DNA of 64,000 nt from Actinomycetota bacterium (lineage in GTDB: Bacteria > Actinomycetota > Acidimicrobiia > Actinomarinales > Actinomarinaceae). The stretch is taken from positions 11,078 to 75,077 of the forward strand of contig JAAZZH010000004.1 in NCBI GenBank assembly GCA_014239265.1, written 5' to 3'. Position numbers and translations under genes: made by a program. The notes beneath the pieces are model-generated. The model worked only from the letters and a program-made list of their open reading frames with translations. It was not told where the DNA came from and did not search any database. Positions within the stretch are counted from its first letter, which is position 1. Each line of letters starts with the position of its first letter. This document shows positions 38,469-47,578 of this stretch, in pieces.

Positions 38469-39878
38469 TTAGCCGACAGCGCCAGCTTCAATCATATTTA
38501 TTTCAATTAGTTTGTTAAATTCCATTGCATATTCCATTGGAAGCGTTTTAGTAAACTCTTCAACAAAACCTGCAACAATCATAGAGGTTGCTTCTTCTTC
38601 AGAGAGTCCTCTACTCATGAGATAAAATAACTGATCTTCTCCTACTTTTGAAACAGTAGCCTCATGACCAATTTCAGCTGTAGACTCTTCTATTTCCATA
38701 TATGGATAAGTGTCAGATCTTGAATTATCGTCAAGTATGAGCGCATCACACCTAACAAAACTTTTAGCTGTTTCAGCACCCTCCTCCACTCTTACAAGAC
38801 CTCTGTAGGCACCTCTTCCTCCACCTTTAGAAATTGATTTTGAAGTTATTAAAGAAGTTGTGTCTGGTGCTAAGTGAATCATCTTTGCTCCCGTATCTTG
38901 GTGTTGTCCTGTATTTGCAAAAGCAACGGATAATACTTCACCATGTGCACCTGGTTCCATTAAGTGAACTGATGGATACTTAACAGTTAAAGAAGATCCT
39001 AAGTTTGCATCAATCCATTCCATTGTTGCATTTCCATAGGCTTGAGCTCTTTTAGTTACCAGATTATAAACATCGTTAGACCAGTTTTGAATAGTTGTAT
39101 ATCTACAAGTTCCCGATGCTTTGACTACTATTTCTACAACAGCAGAATGTAGAGCATCTGTTGTGTAAACAGGAGCAGAACACCCTTCTATGTAGTGAAC
39201 TGAAGCTCCTTCATCTACAAGAATTAATGTTCTTTCGAACTGTCCCATATTTTCAGCATTAATTCTGAAATATGCTTGTAATGGATCTTCTACATGGACT
39301 CCTTTAGGTACATAAATAAATGAACCCCCAGACCATACAGCTGAATTTAATGCAGCAAATTTATTATCTCCGGATGGAATCACTGTTCCAAAATATTCTT
39401 GAACTAATTCTGGATACTCCCTAACGGCAGTGTCCATATCGCAAAATAATACACCTAGCTTTTCTAAGTCTTCTCTGTTTTTATGATAGACAACTTCACT
39501 ATCGTATTGTGCAGTCACACCTGCTAGATATGTTCTTTCAGCTTGCGGAATACCTAATTTTTCATAGGTTTCTTTTATATCATCAGGAACCATATCCCAA
39601 GAGTCTGTTTGTTCTTCAGCTGGTTTGACATAGTAATAAATATCATCAAAATCTAAAGCTGCAAGCTTTTCTTTTGCGACCCATTCAGGCATAGGTTTTT
39701 TTAAGAATTTTTTATAGGCGTCTAACCTATAATCAAGCATCCATTGTGGTTCTTCTTTAATTTCAGACATTTTTCTAATAATGTCTTCGTTTAAACCTTT
39801 TTCCGGTTTAAATGCGTTTTTTTCTGGGTCGGACCATCCGAGTGAATACTTTCCTAAATCTATATCTATGTTTGCCAT
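38469..39878 (-). CDS. sufB: Fe-S cluster assembly scaffold SufB
   Basis: 469 aa. Highly conserved SufB blocks (..[28 protein letters not shown].., ..[20 protein letters not shown]..). Confidence 0.95.
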   Translation of the reverse strand: MANIDIDLGKYSLGWSDPEKNAFKPEKGLNEDIIRKMSEIKEEPQWMLDYRLDAYKKFLKKPMPEWVAKEKLAALDFDDIYYYVKPAEEQTDSWDMVPDDIKETYEKLGIPQAERTYLAGVTAQYDSEVVYHKNREDLEKLGVLFCDMDTAVREYPELVQEYFGTVIPSGDNKFAALNSAVWSGGSFIYVPKGVHVEDPLQAYFRINAENMGQFERTLILVDEGASVHYIEGCSAPVYTTDALHSAVVEIVVKASGTCRYTTIQNWSNDVYNLVTKRAQAYGNATMEWIDANLGSSLTVKYPSVHLMEPGAHGEVLSVAFANTGQHQDTGAKMIHLAPDTTSLITSKSISKGGGRGAYRGLVRVEEGAETAKSFVRCDALILDDNSRSDTYPYMEIEESTAEIGHEATVSKVGEDQLFYLMSRGLSEEEATSMIVAGFVEEFTKTLPMEYAMEFNKLIEINMIEAGAVG

Positions 39879-39962
39879 AAGACCATTGTAGTTGAGTCCT
39901 GTTTAAATAATAAAATCTAAGGGTTATTGATTTAGAAATTTTGGAAGTATAATTTTTATATT

Positions 39963-40400
39963 ATGCCAGTTATATGTATAAATCCTGCCGATGAAATGGA
40001 TGCAACATTACTTGAAAAGTTAAATCTTCAGAACCAAGATATTCGATTATTCGTATCAGATAATGTTCAAAAAAAAACAATAGATACGTTTGTAGGTAAA
40101 AAAGCTATTGGAGATCTAACAGATGACTCCCATATTTCTACTGCAAGTAGCGGAGCATACTGTGGAGTTTTCCTTGAGTCAGATGAGGCCAGCCAAAGGT
40201 CGGTATTTTTAGAGGCGATAGGTAATAGCTCTCTTCAGCGAATTATCTGGACTTCACCATTTGAACCTTCTGAAGGTATTCTTTCTACAAAAAATCTCAT
40301 TTATATCATTTGTAAAGATAAGCAATTGGCACATGATGTCATACTTGATTTTGAAGGTAGAGCTGAAGTTGAAACAGAGGTTATTAACTTAATAAATTAG
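39963..40400 (+). CDS. Hypothetical 145-aa protein (degenerate Rossmann-like?)
   Basis: ORF divergent from sufB. No nucleotide-binding glycine motif and no recognisable family. Confidence 0.4.
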   Translation: MPVICINPADEMDATLLEKLNLQNQDIRLFVSDNVQKKTIDTFVGKKAIGDLTDDSHISTASSGAYCGVFLESDEASQRSVFLEAIGNSSLQRIIWTSPFEPSEGILSTKNLIYIICKDKQLAHDVILDFEGRAEVETEVINLIN

Positions 40401-40991
40401 AAGAGTCATTGTATTTTTTGGAAAAAGCTTACCCTTTTGATAATTCTTCCATGATTGAAGTACATACTCATATATATCTTGTGATGTACCTAAGTATTGT
40501 ATTTCAAAATGTAGATGTGGAACTGTTCCTTCTGCGTTACCTGAGTTTCCCACAAACCCAATTACTTCACCCTGTCTTACAAAATCTCCTTTTTTAAAAT
40601 CTTTTGCAAAAGCAGCACTTTTTCCACCAGCATTATCATTACCAATTACATCATCATCGAGATGTACATATAAAGACATCCATCCATTTTTATGGTCTAT
40701 TGCAATATAATATCCAGACAATGGATTGTAAGAAACAGTGTTAACTTCACCATCTGCAATTGCCACTATTTTAGAGCCTTTTGGAGCTCTGACATCTAAT
40801 CCTAAATGAAGTCTATTCCCGTTGCCTCTTTTTTCCTTCCAGTCATCATAAAAATGAGCCTTTATATGATCAACAGGAAATCTGATCTGATTTAGAAATT
40901 CATAATGTTTAGCTTCAGCTCTATCGGGTGTCATAGAGACAAGAAAAAGTGTAATTAAAGTTAATATGCTTAATTTTTTAGATTTTCTCAT
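40389..40991 (-). CDS. Secreted M23 (LytM-type) metallopeptidase
   Basis: Signal peptide, HLGLD (HxxxD) and PHLHFE (HxH) zinc motifs. Confidence 0.85.
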   Translation of the reverse strand: MRKSKKLSILTLITLFLVSMTPDRAEAKHYEFLNQIRFPVDHIKAHFYDDWKEKRGNGNRLHLGLDVRAPKGSKIVAIADGEVNTVSYNPLSGYYIAIDHKNGWMSLYVHLDDDVIGNDNAGGKSAAFAKDFKKGDFVRQGEVIGFVGNSGNAEGTVPHLHFEIQYLGTSQDIYEYVLQSWKNYQKGKLFPKNTMTLLIY

Positions 40992-41030
40992 TCGGTAATT
41001 TTAGAGGAAAATGTATCTAATATTTAATAT

Positions 41031-41876
41031 ATGAAGAAGAAATCAGTCTTTGAAACAGGTATGGGTTCAAGAAAGGGCTATGTATCTAAATTTCAGGTAG
41101 ATGAAAGCAAAACGGAAATTAAAAAAAACAATGAGTCTATTAAGAAGGATCTAATCTTTAATAAAAGTGCTGAAAAAATGGATGACCTAATTGATAATTG
41201 TGTTTCTTTAACTGTTACTTCACCTCCTTACAATGTAGGAAAATTAAGCGATAGTGACTTGAGTGACGATGATTACTGGAAACTTATAGCACAGTGTTTC
41301 AAAGAGGTATATAGAGTCACTGAGTCAGGTGGTCGGTTGGTCATTAATGTTGCAAATCTAGGAAGAAAGCCTTACATCCCATTTTCAAACATGTTTACTC
41401 AAATTATGCTCGATCTAGGTTTTCTCATGAGGGGGGAAATTATTTGGCAAAAGTCTAAAGGCGCAAATGCAAACTTTGCATGGGGAAGCTGGCTATCAGC
41501 CTCTAATCCAGTAATCAGAGATATACATGAATATTGTTTGGTCTTTTCAAAAGATGGTATGTCGAAAGGTGTTAAGGGTGTGTCTACACTAGAAAAAGAA
41601 GAATTTATGGATTCAACCTTATCAATCTGGAATATTAATCCCGCAAGAGCAAAAAAGATTGGTCATCCAGCACCCTTTCCTGTAGAACTGGCAGAGAGAT
41701 TTATTAATTTGTACTCCTACGAAAAAGACTTAATACTAGATCCATTTATCGGAAGTGGAACAACAGCGATTGCTGCACAAAAATTAAATAGGCACTATGT
41801 AGGTTATGAAATTAATAATGAATATTGTGAATTAGCTGAAACTAGAATTAAAGAGTCAAATAAACTAGCTACTTAG
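41031..41876 (+). CDS. DNA methyltransferase, N4-C/N6-A family, beta class (motif IV before motif I)
   Basis: Catalytic TSPPY near residue 64 and SAM-binding DPFIGSGTT near residue 238. 281 aa. Confidence 0.85.
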   Translation: MKKKSVFETGMGSRKGYVSKFQVDESKTEIKKNNESIKKDLIFNKSAEKMDDLIDNCVSLTVTSPPYNVGKLSDSDLSDDDYWKLIAQCFKEVYRVTESGGRLVINVANLGRKPYIPFSNMFTQIMLDLGFLMRGEIIWQKSKGANANFAWGSWLSASNPVIRDIHEYCLVFSKDGMSKGVKGVSTLEKEEFMDSTLSIWNINPARAKKIGHPAPFPVELAERFINLYSYEKDLILDPFIGSGTTAIAAQKLNRHYVGYEINNEYCELAETRIKESNKLAT

Positions 41877-43586
41877 ATTCCAAGCAGAGAATAAATCTTT
41901 ATATATTTCATTGTCGCTTAAAAGATTTTCATGATTATCAAAACCAACTAACTTTCCATCTTGCATTACTAAGATTTTTTCAGCATTCAGGATTGTTTCT
42001 AACCTATGAGCTATGACTATGGAAGTTTGATAATCCAGGAGTGTATCTGTTGCCTCAAGAATTGAATTTTCAGACTCTATATCAAGATTAGCTGTTGCCT
42101 CATCGAAAACAATAATTTCTCTTTTTGCAAGAACTGCTCGAAGAAGGGCGATAAATTGTCTTTCTCCAGCTGATACATTTGAGCCTCTCTCGCCAACTTC
42201 TTGGTCGAGGCCATTTTCGTATCTATCAAACCAACCCAATACACCAATCTCATTAAGTTCCTGCTCTAGTTTTATTTTTTGTGGATTAGAGTAGATAAGA
42301 TTATCTCGGATAGTCCCCCTAAATAGGAAACTTTCCTGTGGAACATAAGCAATATTTTTTCTGGCCCATCTTTGACTAACCTCTTTTGATGACTGATTGT
42401 AAAATTTAACATCCCCCTCTGTTGAGAGATAAAACCTTAAAATTAACTTAGCTATCGTACTTTTCCCGGCACCCGTCTCCCCTACGATTGCTATTTTTTC
42501 TCCCTTCATGATAGAAAAATTCAGATTGTGAAGAACAGTCTCTCTACCATATGAAAATGATACATTTTCAAATTTAATTACATCATTTGACTCCATATTA
42601 GGTGACTGTGAACCCAAGGTGCTTAGTACAGGTTCTTCGTCTAAAATTGAAAACACTTTTTTCATTGAGGACCCAGCAGATCTTAATAAATCATAATTAA
42701 ATGAAAGTTGAATTAATGGATCGAAAAAATAATTTAAATAAAAGAGTAAAGCAACTAACTCACCTAAGGATAAAGTACCATCGCTAATTCTTAAAGAAGC
42801 AAACCAAATTACTACAGCTATGGAGGTTACGCGTGTAATTTCTAGAAAAGGGAAATAGATGGCTATGTTTTTAGCTGATTGCATATTTGCTTTTAAATGC
42901 TCATTATTAATATCTTCAAATCTATTAAATTGAGATTTCTCATCAGCATAAGCTTGAATAATCCTGACACCAGATATGCCTTCTTGGAGCGATGATAAGA
43001 CTTGGCCGATCCACTCTCTAACTGCCCAATAAGTTTTGTCTGCATGATTTCGGAATATTTTAGTTGCTACACCAAGAAGAGGTAAAATAAGAAAAGATAG
43101 AAATGCCAACTGCACGTCTACTAAAAATACAGCAACAGTTGCTCCAAAAATCGTTAGTAAGGCGGTGATTACACTACTTGCACCTTCTCTGGCGAATTCA
43201 TTAAGACTTTGCATATCAGAAGTCATTCTTGCAACAAGAACACCTGTCTTATTCTTTTCAAAGTAATTAATATCTAAAGAAGTAAGGTGTCTAAAAAGCT
43301 TTTCTCTGATACTTCTCACATAAGATTCACCAACTAAGCCAATAGCTAAAAGTGCTTTACTAGCTACAAAGTAGAGTAAAACTAGCGTGATAAAGTAAAA
43401 GAAGCTTTGTTGTAGTAGATAATCATAATCAGACTTTAAAACTCCATCATCTATACCTCTTGAGATTAATTGTGGACCAACCATTCTTAGTCCAGAGCCA
43501 GTAAGAGCGATCATGGAACTCCAAAGGAATGGTCTACTTATCTCAGGCACTAACCTAAATGATCTTATAAAAGTATTGTTATTCAC
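41865..43586 (-). CDS. ABC exporter, fused permease-ATPase (heterodimer partner B)
   Basis: 6-TM N-terminal domain, Walker A GETGAGKST, signature VSAGERQ, Walker B IIVFDEATA. Confidence 0.9.
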   Translation of the reverse strand: MNNNTFIRSFRLVPEISRPFLWSSMIALTGSGLRMVGPQLISRGIDDGVLKSDYDYLLQQSFFYFITLVLLYFVASKALLAIGLVGESYVRSIREKLFRHLTSLDINYFEKNKTGVLVARMTSDMQSLNEFAREGASSVITALLTIFGATVAVFLVDVQLAFLSFLILPLLGVATKIFRNHADKTYWAVREWIGQVLSSLQEGISGVRIIQAYADEKSQFNRFEDINNEHLKANMQSAKNIAIYFPFLEITRVTSIAVVIWFASLRISDGTLSLGELVALLFYLNYFFDPLIQLSFNYDLLRSAGSSMKKVFSILDEEPVLSTLGSQSPNMESNDVIKFENVSFSYGRETVLHNLNFSIMKGEKIAIVGETGAGKSTIAKLILRFYLSTEGDVKFYNQSSKEVSQRWARKNIAYVPQESFLFRGTIRDNLIYSNPQKIKLEQELNEIGVLGWFDRYENGLDQEVGERGSNVSAGERQFIALLRAVLAKREIIVFDEATANLDIESENSILEATDTLLDYQTSIVIAHRLETILNAEKILVMQDGKLVGFDNHENLLSDNEIYKDLFSAWNLSS

Positions 43587-45343
43587 TTTTCAAGTCCAGA
43601 AGATTGAGTTTCAAGGAATAATGCTTTGTAGCTATCTACATTTTCCATTAATTCTGTATGGCTCCCCTGGGCTTTTACCTTACCCTTTTCAATGAAGACA
43701 ACATCGTCGCATAGTTCAATTGTTGGAACACGGTTTGTAATTATTAGTGTTGTCATGTCGGACATGACATTTTTTAGTTCTCCTCTTATTTCCTCTTCTG
43801 TTGAAGCATCTACTGCCGATAAAGCATCGTCAAGGATAAGTATCCTTGGTTTTCTCAAGATGGCTCGAGCTAAGGCTATCCTTTGTCTTTGTCCACCAGA
43901 AAGACCATAACCTCTCTCGCCAACTTTTGTCTCATATGATTCTGGTAATTGAGATATAAATTCATGAGCTTTAGCTATATTTGCCGCATCTTGTATTTGG
44001 TCTTCTGATACTTCATTAGTTCCTAAAGATATATTTTCTCTTGCTGTATTTGAAAAAAGAAAACTCTCTTCAAATGCAAGGCTTACTTCAGTTCTTAATT
44101 CGCTTAATTTGACATTGTTTATATTGACACCATCAATTTCAATATGTCCAGACTCAATATCATAAAGTCTTGGAAGTAAGTATGCTAGGGTTGACTTTCC
44201 AGAACCTGTTGAACCTACAATGGCTACAGTCTTTTTACCTTCAATTTCAAAGGAAAGGTCATCGAATATTTTTTCTTTTCCATATTTGAAATTAACATTA
44301 GAAAATTTTATAGCACCTACCCCATCTTCTGGAAAAGTTGTATCCGAATTATCGTCAATAATTGTTGGCTCTTCGTCCAGTAATTCCAATATTCTGATAC
44401 CTGCTGAAACACTGGAAGGTATCTCCGATAAAAACCAAGCTGTGATTCTTAATGGCCACAATAATAAAAACACATATTGTGTAAATGCAATAAAATCTCC
44501 GAGTGTTATCAATTCATTTATTGATAAATAACCTCCAAGCAACAGTACAAGTAACGTGATAACCATCGGTATGAGTTCAAATAGTGGAACAAACCTTGTT
44601 CTTAAGTTCAGATATTCAAGAGAGGTATCATATATATTAGATATAGCTGATTCAACTTTTGAAGATGCTAACTCTTCATTTCCAAAAGCTTTCACAACTC
44701 TTATACCTCCAAGTTGTTCTTCCACCTCGGTAGTCATTTGAGCTTCGGCCTCTTTAACCCTTAAGGAAACACCCATCGCTTTTGCAGAGAAATTAGACGC
44801 GAGCCACAACACCGCTGGTATGGAAAGTAAAACCATCGATCCCAGAGGCAAACTAAGACTTAAAAGTGTGATGCTTAATATAACCAGCAATAATACATTG
44901 GCAGTTGCTAATGGGGCAATGGCAAAAGCTAATCTAACTTGTGATGCATCACTAGACGCTCTAGCCATTAACTCGCCTGTAGGGACTTTGTCATGAAAAC
45001 TAAATGCTAATTTTTGCATGTGTGTAAATATTCTGTTTCTAATTCCAGCTTCTACATTGTAAGAAACATGCATTGAGTAAAATCTTCGTACTCCAATTGT
45101 TGTTGCTCGTATATATCCAATGATTAACATGAAAGAAATTAATACGATTAATATTTGTTGATTTTGCTCTACAATCCCTTCATCAATTATCCTTTTGATT
45201 ATGTATGGCTGAATAACTATTAAAAAACACCACACGACTGCTGAAAGCATTGAAACAATAAAGCTTCTTTTATTCTCTTTGACTCCTTGTTTATAGAAGG
45301 ACAAAGCTTTTTTAAATTCTGGTGTTTTGAAGACATTGAACAT
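43583..45343 (-). CDS. ABC exporter, fused permease-ATPase (heterodimer partner A)
   Basis: Walker A GSTGSGKST, signature LSGGQRQR, Walker B ILILDDALS. 4-nt overlap with the partner gene. Confidence 0.9.
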   Translation of the reverse strand: MFNVFKTPEFKKALSFYKQGVKENKRSFIVSMLSAVVWCFLIVIQPYIIKRIIDEGIVEQNQQILIVLISFMLIIGYIRATTIGVRRFYSMHVSYNVEAGIRNRIFTHMQKLAFSFHDKVPTGELMARASSDASQVRLAFAIAPLATANVLLLVILSITLLSLSLPLGSMVLLSIPAVLWLASNFSAKAMGVSLRVKEAEAQMTTEVEEQLGGIRVVKAFGNEELASSKVESAISNIYDTSLEYLNLRTRFVPLFELIPMVITLLVLLLGGYLSINELITLGDFIAFTQYVFLLLWPLRITAWFLSEIPSSVSAGIRILELLDEEPTIIDDNSDTTFPEDGVGAIKFSNVNFKYGKEKIFDDLSFEIEGKKTVAIVGSTGSGKSTLAYLLPRLYDIESGHIEIDGVNINNVKLSELRTEVSLAFEESFLFSNTARENISLGTNEVSEDQIQDAANIAKAHEFISQLPESYETKVGERGYGLSGGQRQRIALARAILRKPRILILDDALSAVDASTEEEIRGELKNVMSDMTTLIITNRVPTIELCDDVVFIEKGKVKAQGSHTELMENVDSYKALFLETQSSGLEK

Positions 45344-45391
45344 TACTCAATACTATCGGAATTAAAAAATTATAAATAATATACAAGACTT

Positions 45392-45407
45392 TGTGCATTA
45401 ATTCACA
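45392..45407. promoter_or_regulatory. CRP/FNR-type palindrome TGTGC-ATTAAT-TCACA in the divergent promoter region
   Basis: Read directly. The extended form TTGTGCATTAATTCACA matches the rhodopsin-upstream site at 15 of 17 positions. Confidence 0.45.
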
Positions 45408-45426
45408 AGCGTATTATTGTTAAATT

Positions 45427-46944
45427 ATGAACAAAGTTTTAAATAGCAAAATAGAAAACGTCTTAGATTCTGCCGACAGAATGTTTATTGCGACAAGTGT
45501 TGGTGGTAACTCCTCAGGTGCGTCTGTCTTCTTCAGTAGAGATGGTGAAGACTTAGTATTCTTCACATTTAACCCCACACGAAAAGCTGAACAGATTCGT
45601 TTAAATCCAAGAGTACACGTTGTTATTTGGCCAAAAGGTCAAGAAGGCATTGAGGGTCTACAAATTGATGGTGAGTGCTACAAAATCAAAGATGAGGATG
45701 AAAAAAAGAAAGCTTATGAGCTTGTATTAAATACTACCGAAGCATTCAAAGAATACATGGAAGATGAATTTTTAATTAACAATGATGTCGTTGGTTACTA
45801 TAGAGTAAAACCTACGACTATTAAATATGTAAACTTTTTTGAGGAAGAACAATTTCAATGGAAAACTATTCCTGGGAATAAGACTTCTGCACTTAAAATG
45901 GCATTCAAACTTGGTTTAAAAAGAATTGGTTTGTGGTTGAGAACAGTTAGAGCCCCCTTTCTAACGGCTACATTTGCTCCAATATTTATTGGCGCAGCTG
46001 TGGCATGGAGCGATCTCAAAGATAATGGTATTGCCGAGAGCTGGTCATGGAAAATGTTCTGGTTAGTTCTCGGTGGTGCATCTTTAGCTCAAATTGCAAC
46101 CAACTCATCAAACGACTTTTTTGACCATACATCAAATGCTGATGAGATTAACAAAGTAGCTAGTCCTTTTAATGGTGGAAGTAGAGTTATTCAAGTTGGT
46201 TTAATGACACCCGGACAAGTCCTGATTACAGCTTTAGTAAGCATCATAGGTACAATCGGAATTGGTTTGTACCTAAATGAACAAGTGAGTGGTAATTATT
46301 TCGGTAACACCCCTATTTTGTGGACAGGTATAATTGGAACATTCTTAGCTCTAGGTTATACAGGTGATCCTGTAAGACTTGGATACAAAGGATTTGGAGA
46401 GATAGCTATTGCACTTGGATTTGGCCCGATCATGGTCATGGGTGCACACTATGTGTTGACCGCTCCAATCCACAATAATGATATACATCAATGGAACTGG
46501 GTAGAAGCACTAATTGCCTCAGTACCTATTGGAATTTTGGTGATGCTTATTGTTTGGATTAATCAATTTCAGGATGCCCCCTCAGATGCAGCAGTGGGTA
46601 AAAACACATGGGTAGTCAGAACAGCAGTAGATGATGGCTGGATGAGAATGGAAAAACCACTTTCTCTTTATAAGCAATTCATGGTTGAAGCATTTTTATC
46701 TGTTGCAGCTATTGGTTTCTTGGGTATGTTTACAGACTTCGGAACAGTGTACGCTTTCGCAGCACTACTACCTGTCTTACTCGTTTGGAAAGCCTTCAAA
46801 ATGGCTGATGAGTGGATGATTAAATGGAATAATCCTGATGCTGATAGACAAAAAGTTCCTTATGAGCTCTTACTTGTCAATGTATCAACAATAGGTATTC
46901 ATTTTTTAACAGGAATTTTACTTTCTGTTGCCTACATACTCTAG
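45427..46944 (+). CDS. Fusion: PNPOx-like (pyridoxamine-phosphate-oxidase/GSP26 split-barrel) domain + MenA-type UbiA prenyltransferase
   Basis: N-terminal ~140 aa is a soluble split-barrel-like domain (..RMFIATSVGGNSSGASVFF..). The C-terminal ~350 aa is polytopic, with MenA Asp-rich motifs NDFFDHTSNAD and NQFQDAPSDAAVGKNTWVVR. Confidence 0.7.
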   Translation: MNKVLNSKIENVLDSADRMFIATSVGGNSSGASVFFSRDGEDLVFFTFNPTRKAEQIRLNPRVHVVIWPKGQEGIEGLQIDGECYKIKDEDEKKKAYELVLNTTEAFKEYMEDEFLINNDVVGYYRVKPTTIKYVNFFEEEQFQWKTIPGNKTSALKMAFKLGLKRIGLWLRTVRAPFLTATFAPIFIGAAVAWSDLKDNGIAESWSWKMFWLVLGGASLAQIATNSSNDFFDHTSNADEINKVASPFNGGSRVIQVGLMTPGQVLITALVSIIGTIGIGLYLNEQVSGNYFGNTPILWTGIIGTFLALGYTGDPVRLGYKGFGEIAIALGFGPIMVMGAHYVLTAPIHNNDIHQWNWVEALIASVPIGILVMLIVWINQFQDAPSDAAVGKNTWVVRTAVDDGWMRMEKPLSLYKQFMVEAFLSVAAIGFLGMFTDFGTVYAFAALLPVLLVWKAFKMADEWMIKWNNPDADRQKVPYELLLVNVSTIGIHFLTGILLSVAYIL

Positions 46945-47572
46945 ATTGCCTAAGTCTGCTAATTTCTCAAAAATATACAGATTCTATGATGGCATAAACT
47001 CTCTACTCACACTTGGGTTTGATAAATCCTGGAGAGAAAAAGCGTCTCAGCAACTTACTGGTTCAACTGTTTTAGACCTTGGTAGTGGTACTGGTGCGGC
47101 TGAAAAACAACTTATTGGCTATGAAGTGACGGCATTAGATCCTGATGAAAGAATGTTGTCTTTAAATAATTTTTCTAATAAGATTTTAGGCTCTGCAGAG
47201 GCCTTACCTTTCGACGATAAATCTTTTGATAATATCTACTGTGCATTCGTCTGGAGAAATGTCTCAGATACTGATAAAGCTTTTAAAGAAATAAAAAGAG
47301 TTCTTAAAGATGACGGTAACTTTGTGTTGCTTGATATGACGAGGCCATTAAATATGTTCACCAAAAGATTGCATAAGTTGGGCACATTCATAACGTTACA
47401 TTTGATTGGTATCGTAACATTCAGCTTTAAACAATATAGATTTCTTTACACGTCTTTAGACAAACTAGAAGCTCCTGAATCATTTCTTAAAGAATCTGGA
47501 TTCAATAGTTACACCCTCGAGAGAATGGGAATATTTGGTTTTGTATATTTATCTGTACTGAAAAAAAGCTAG
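46928..47572 (+). CDS. Class I SAM-dependent methyltransferase, UbiE/MenG-like
   Basis: ..YRFYDGINSLLTLGFDKSWR.. resembles the UbiE N-terminal block. Motif I VLDLGSGTG. Apparent TTG start overlaps the upstream gene by 17 nt. Confidence 0.65.
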   Translation: MPTYSRLPKSANFSKIYRFYDGINSLLTLGFDKSWREKASQQLTGSTVLDLGSGTGAAEKQLIGYEVTALDPDERMLSLNNFSNKILGSAEALPFDDKSFDNIYCAFVWRNVSDTDKAFKEIKRVLKDDGNFVLLDMTRPLNMFTKRLHKLGTFITLHLIGIVTFSFKQYRFLYTSLDKLEAPESFLKESGFNSYTLERMGIFGFVYLSVLKKS

Positions 47573-47578
47573 ATGCTT

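Noticed and set aside
40992-41030. Possible cyclic-di-AMP (ydaO-type) riboswitch upstream of the wall hydrolase genes (M23 peptidase; also the SpoIID-like gene at 3905-3941)
   Set aside because: The spacers are only 39 and 37 nt, far too short for that riboswitch.
41031-45343. Looked for a restriction endonuclease or other defence genes next to the methyltransferase
   Set aside because: The neighbouring ORFs are clear ABC exporters and an M23 peptidase. No nuclease motifs (PD-(D/E)xK, HNH) were recognised, and no unassigned ORF of suitable size exists.
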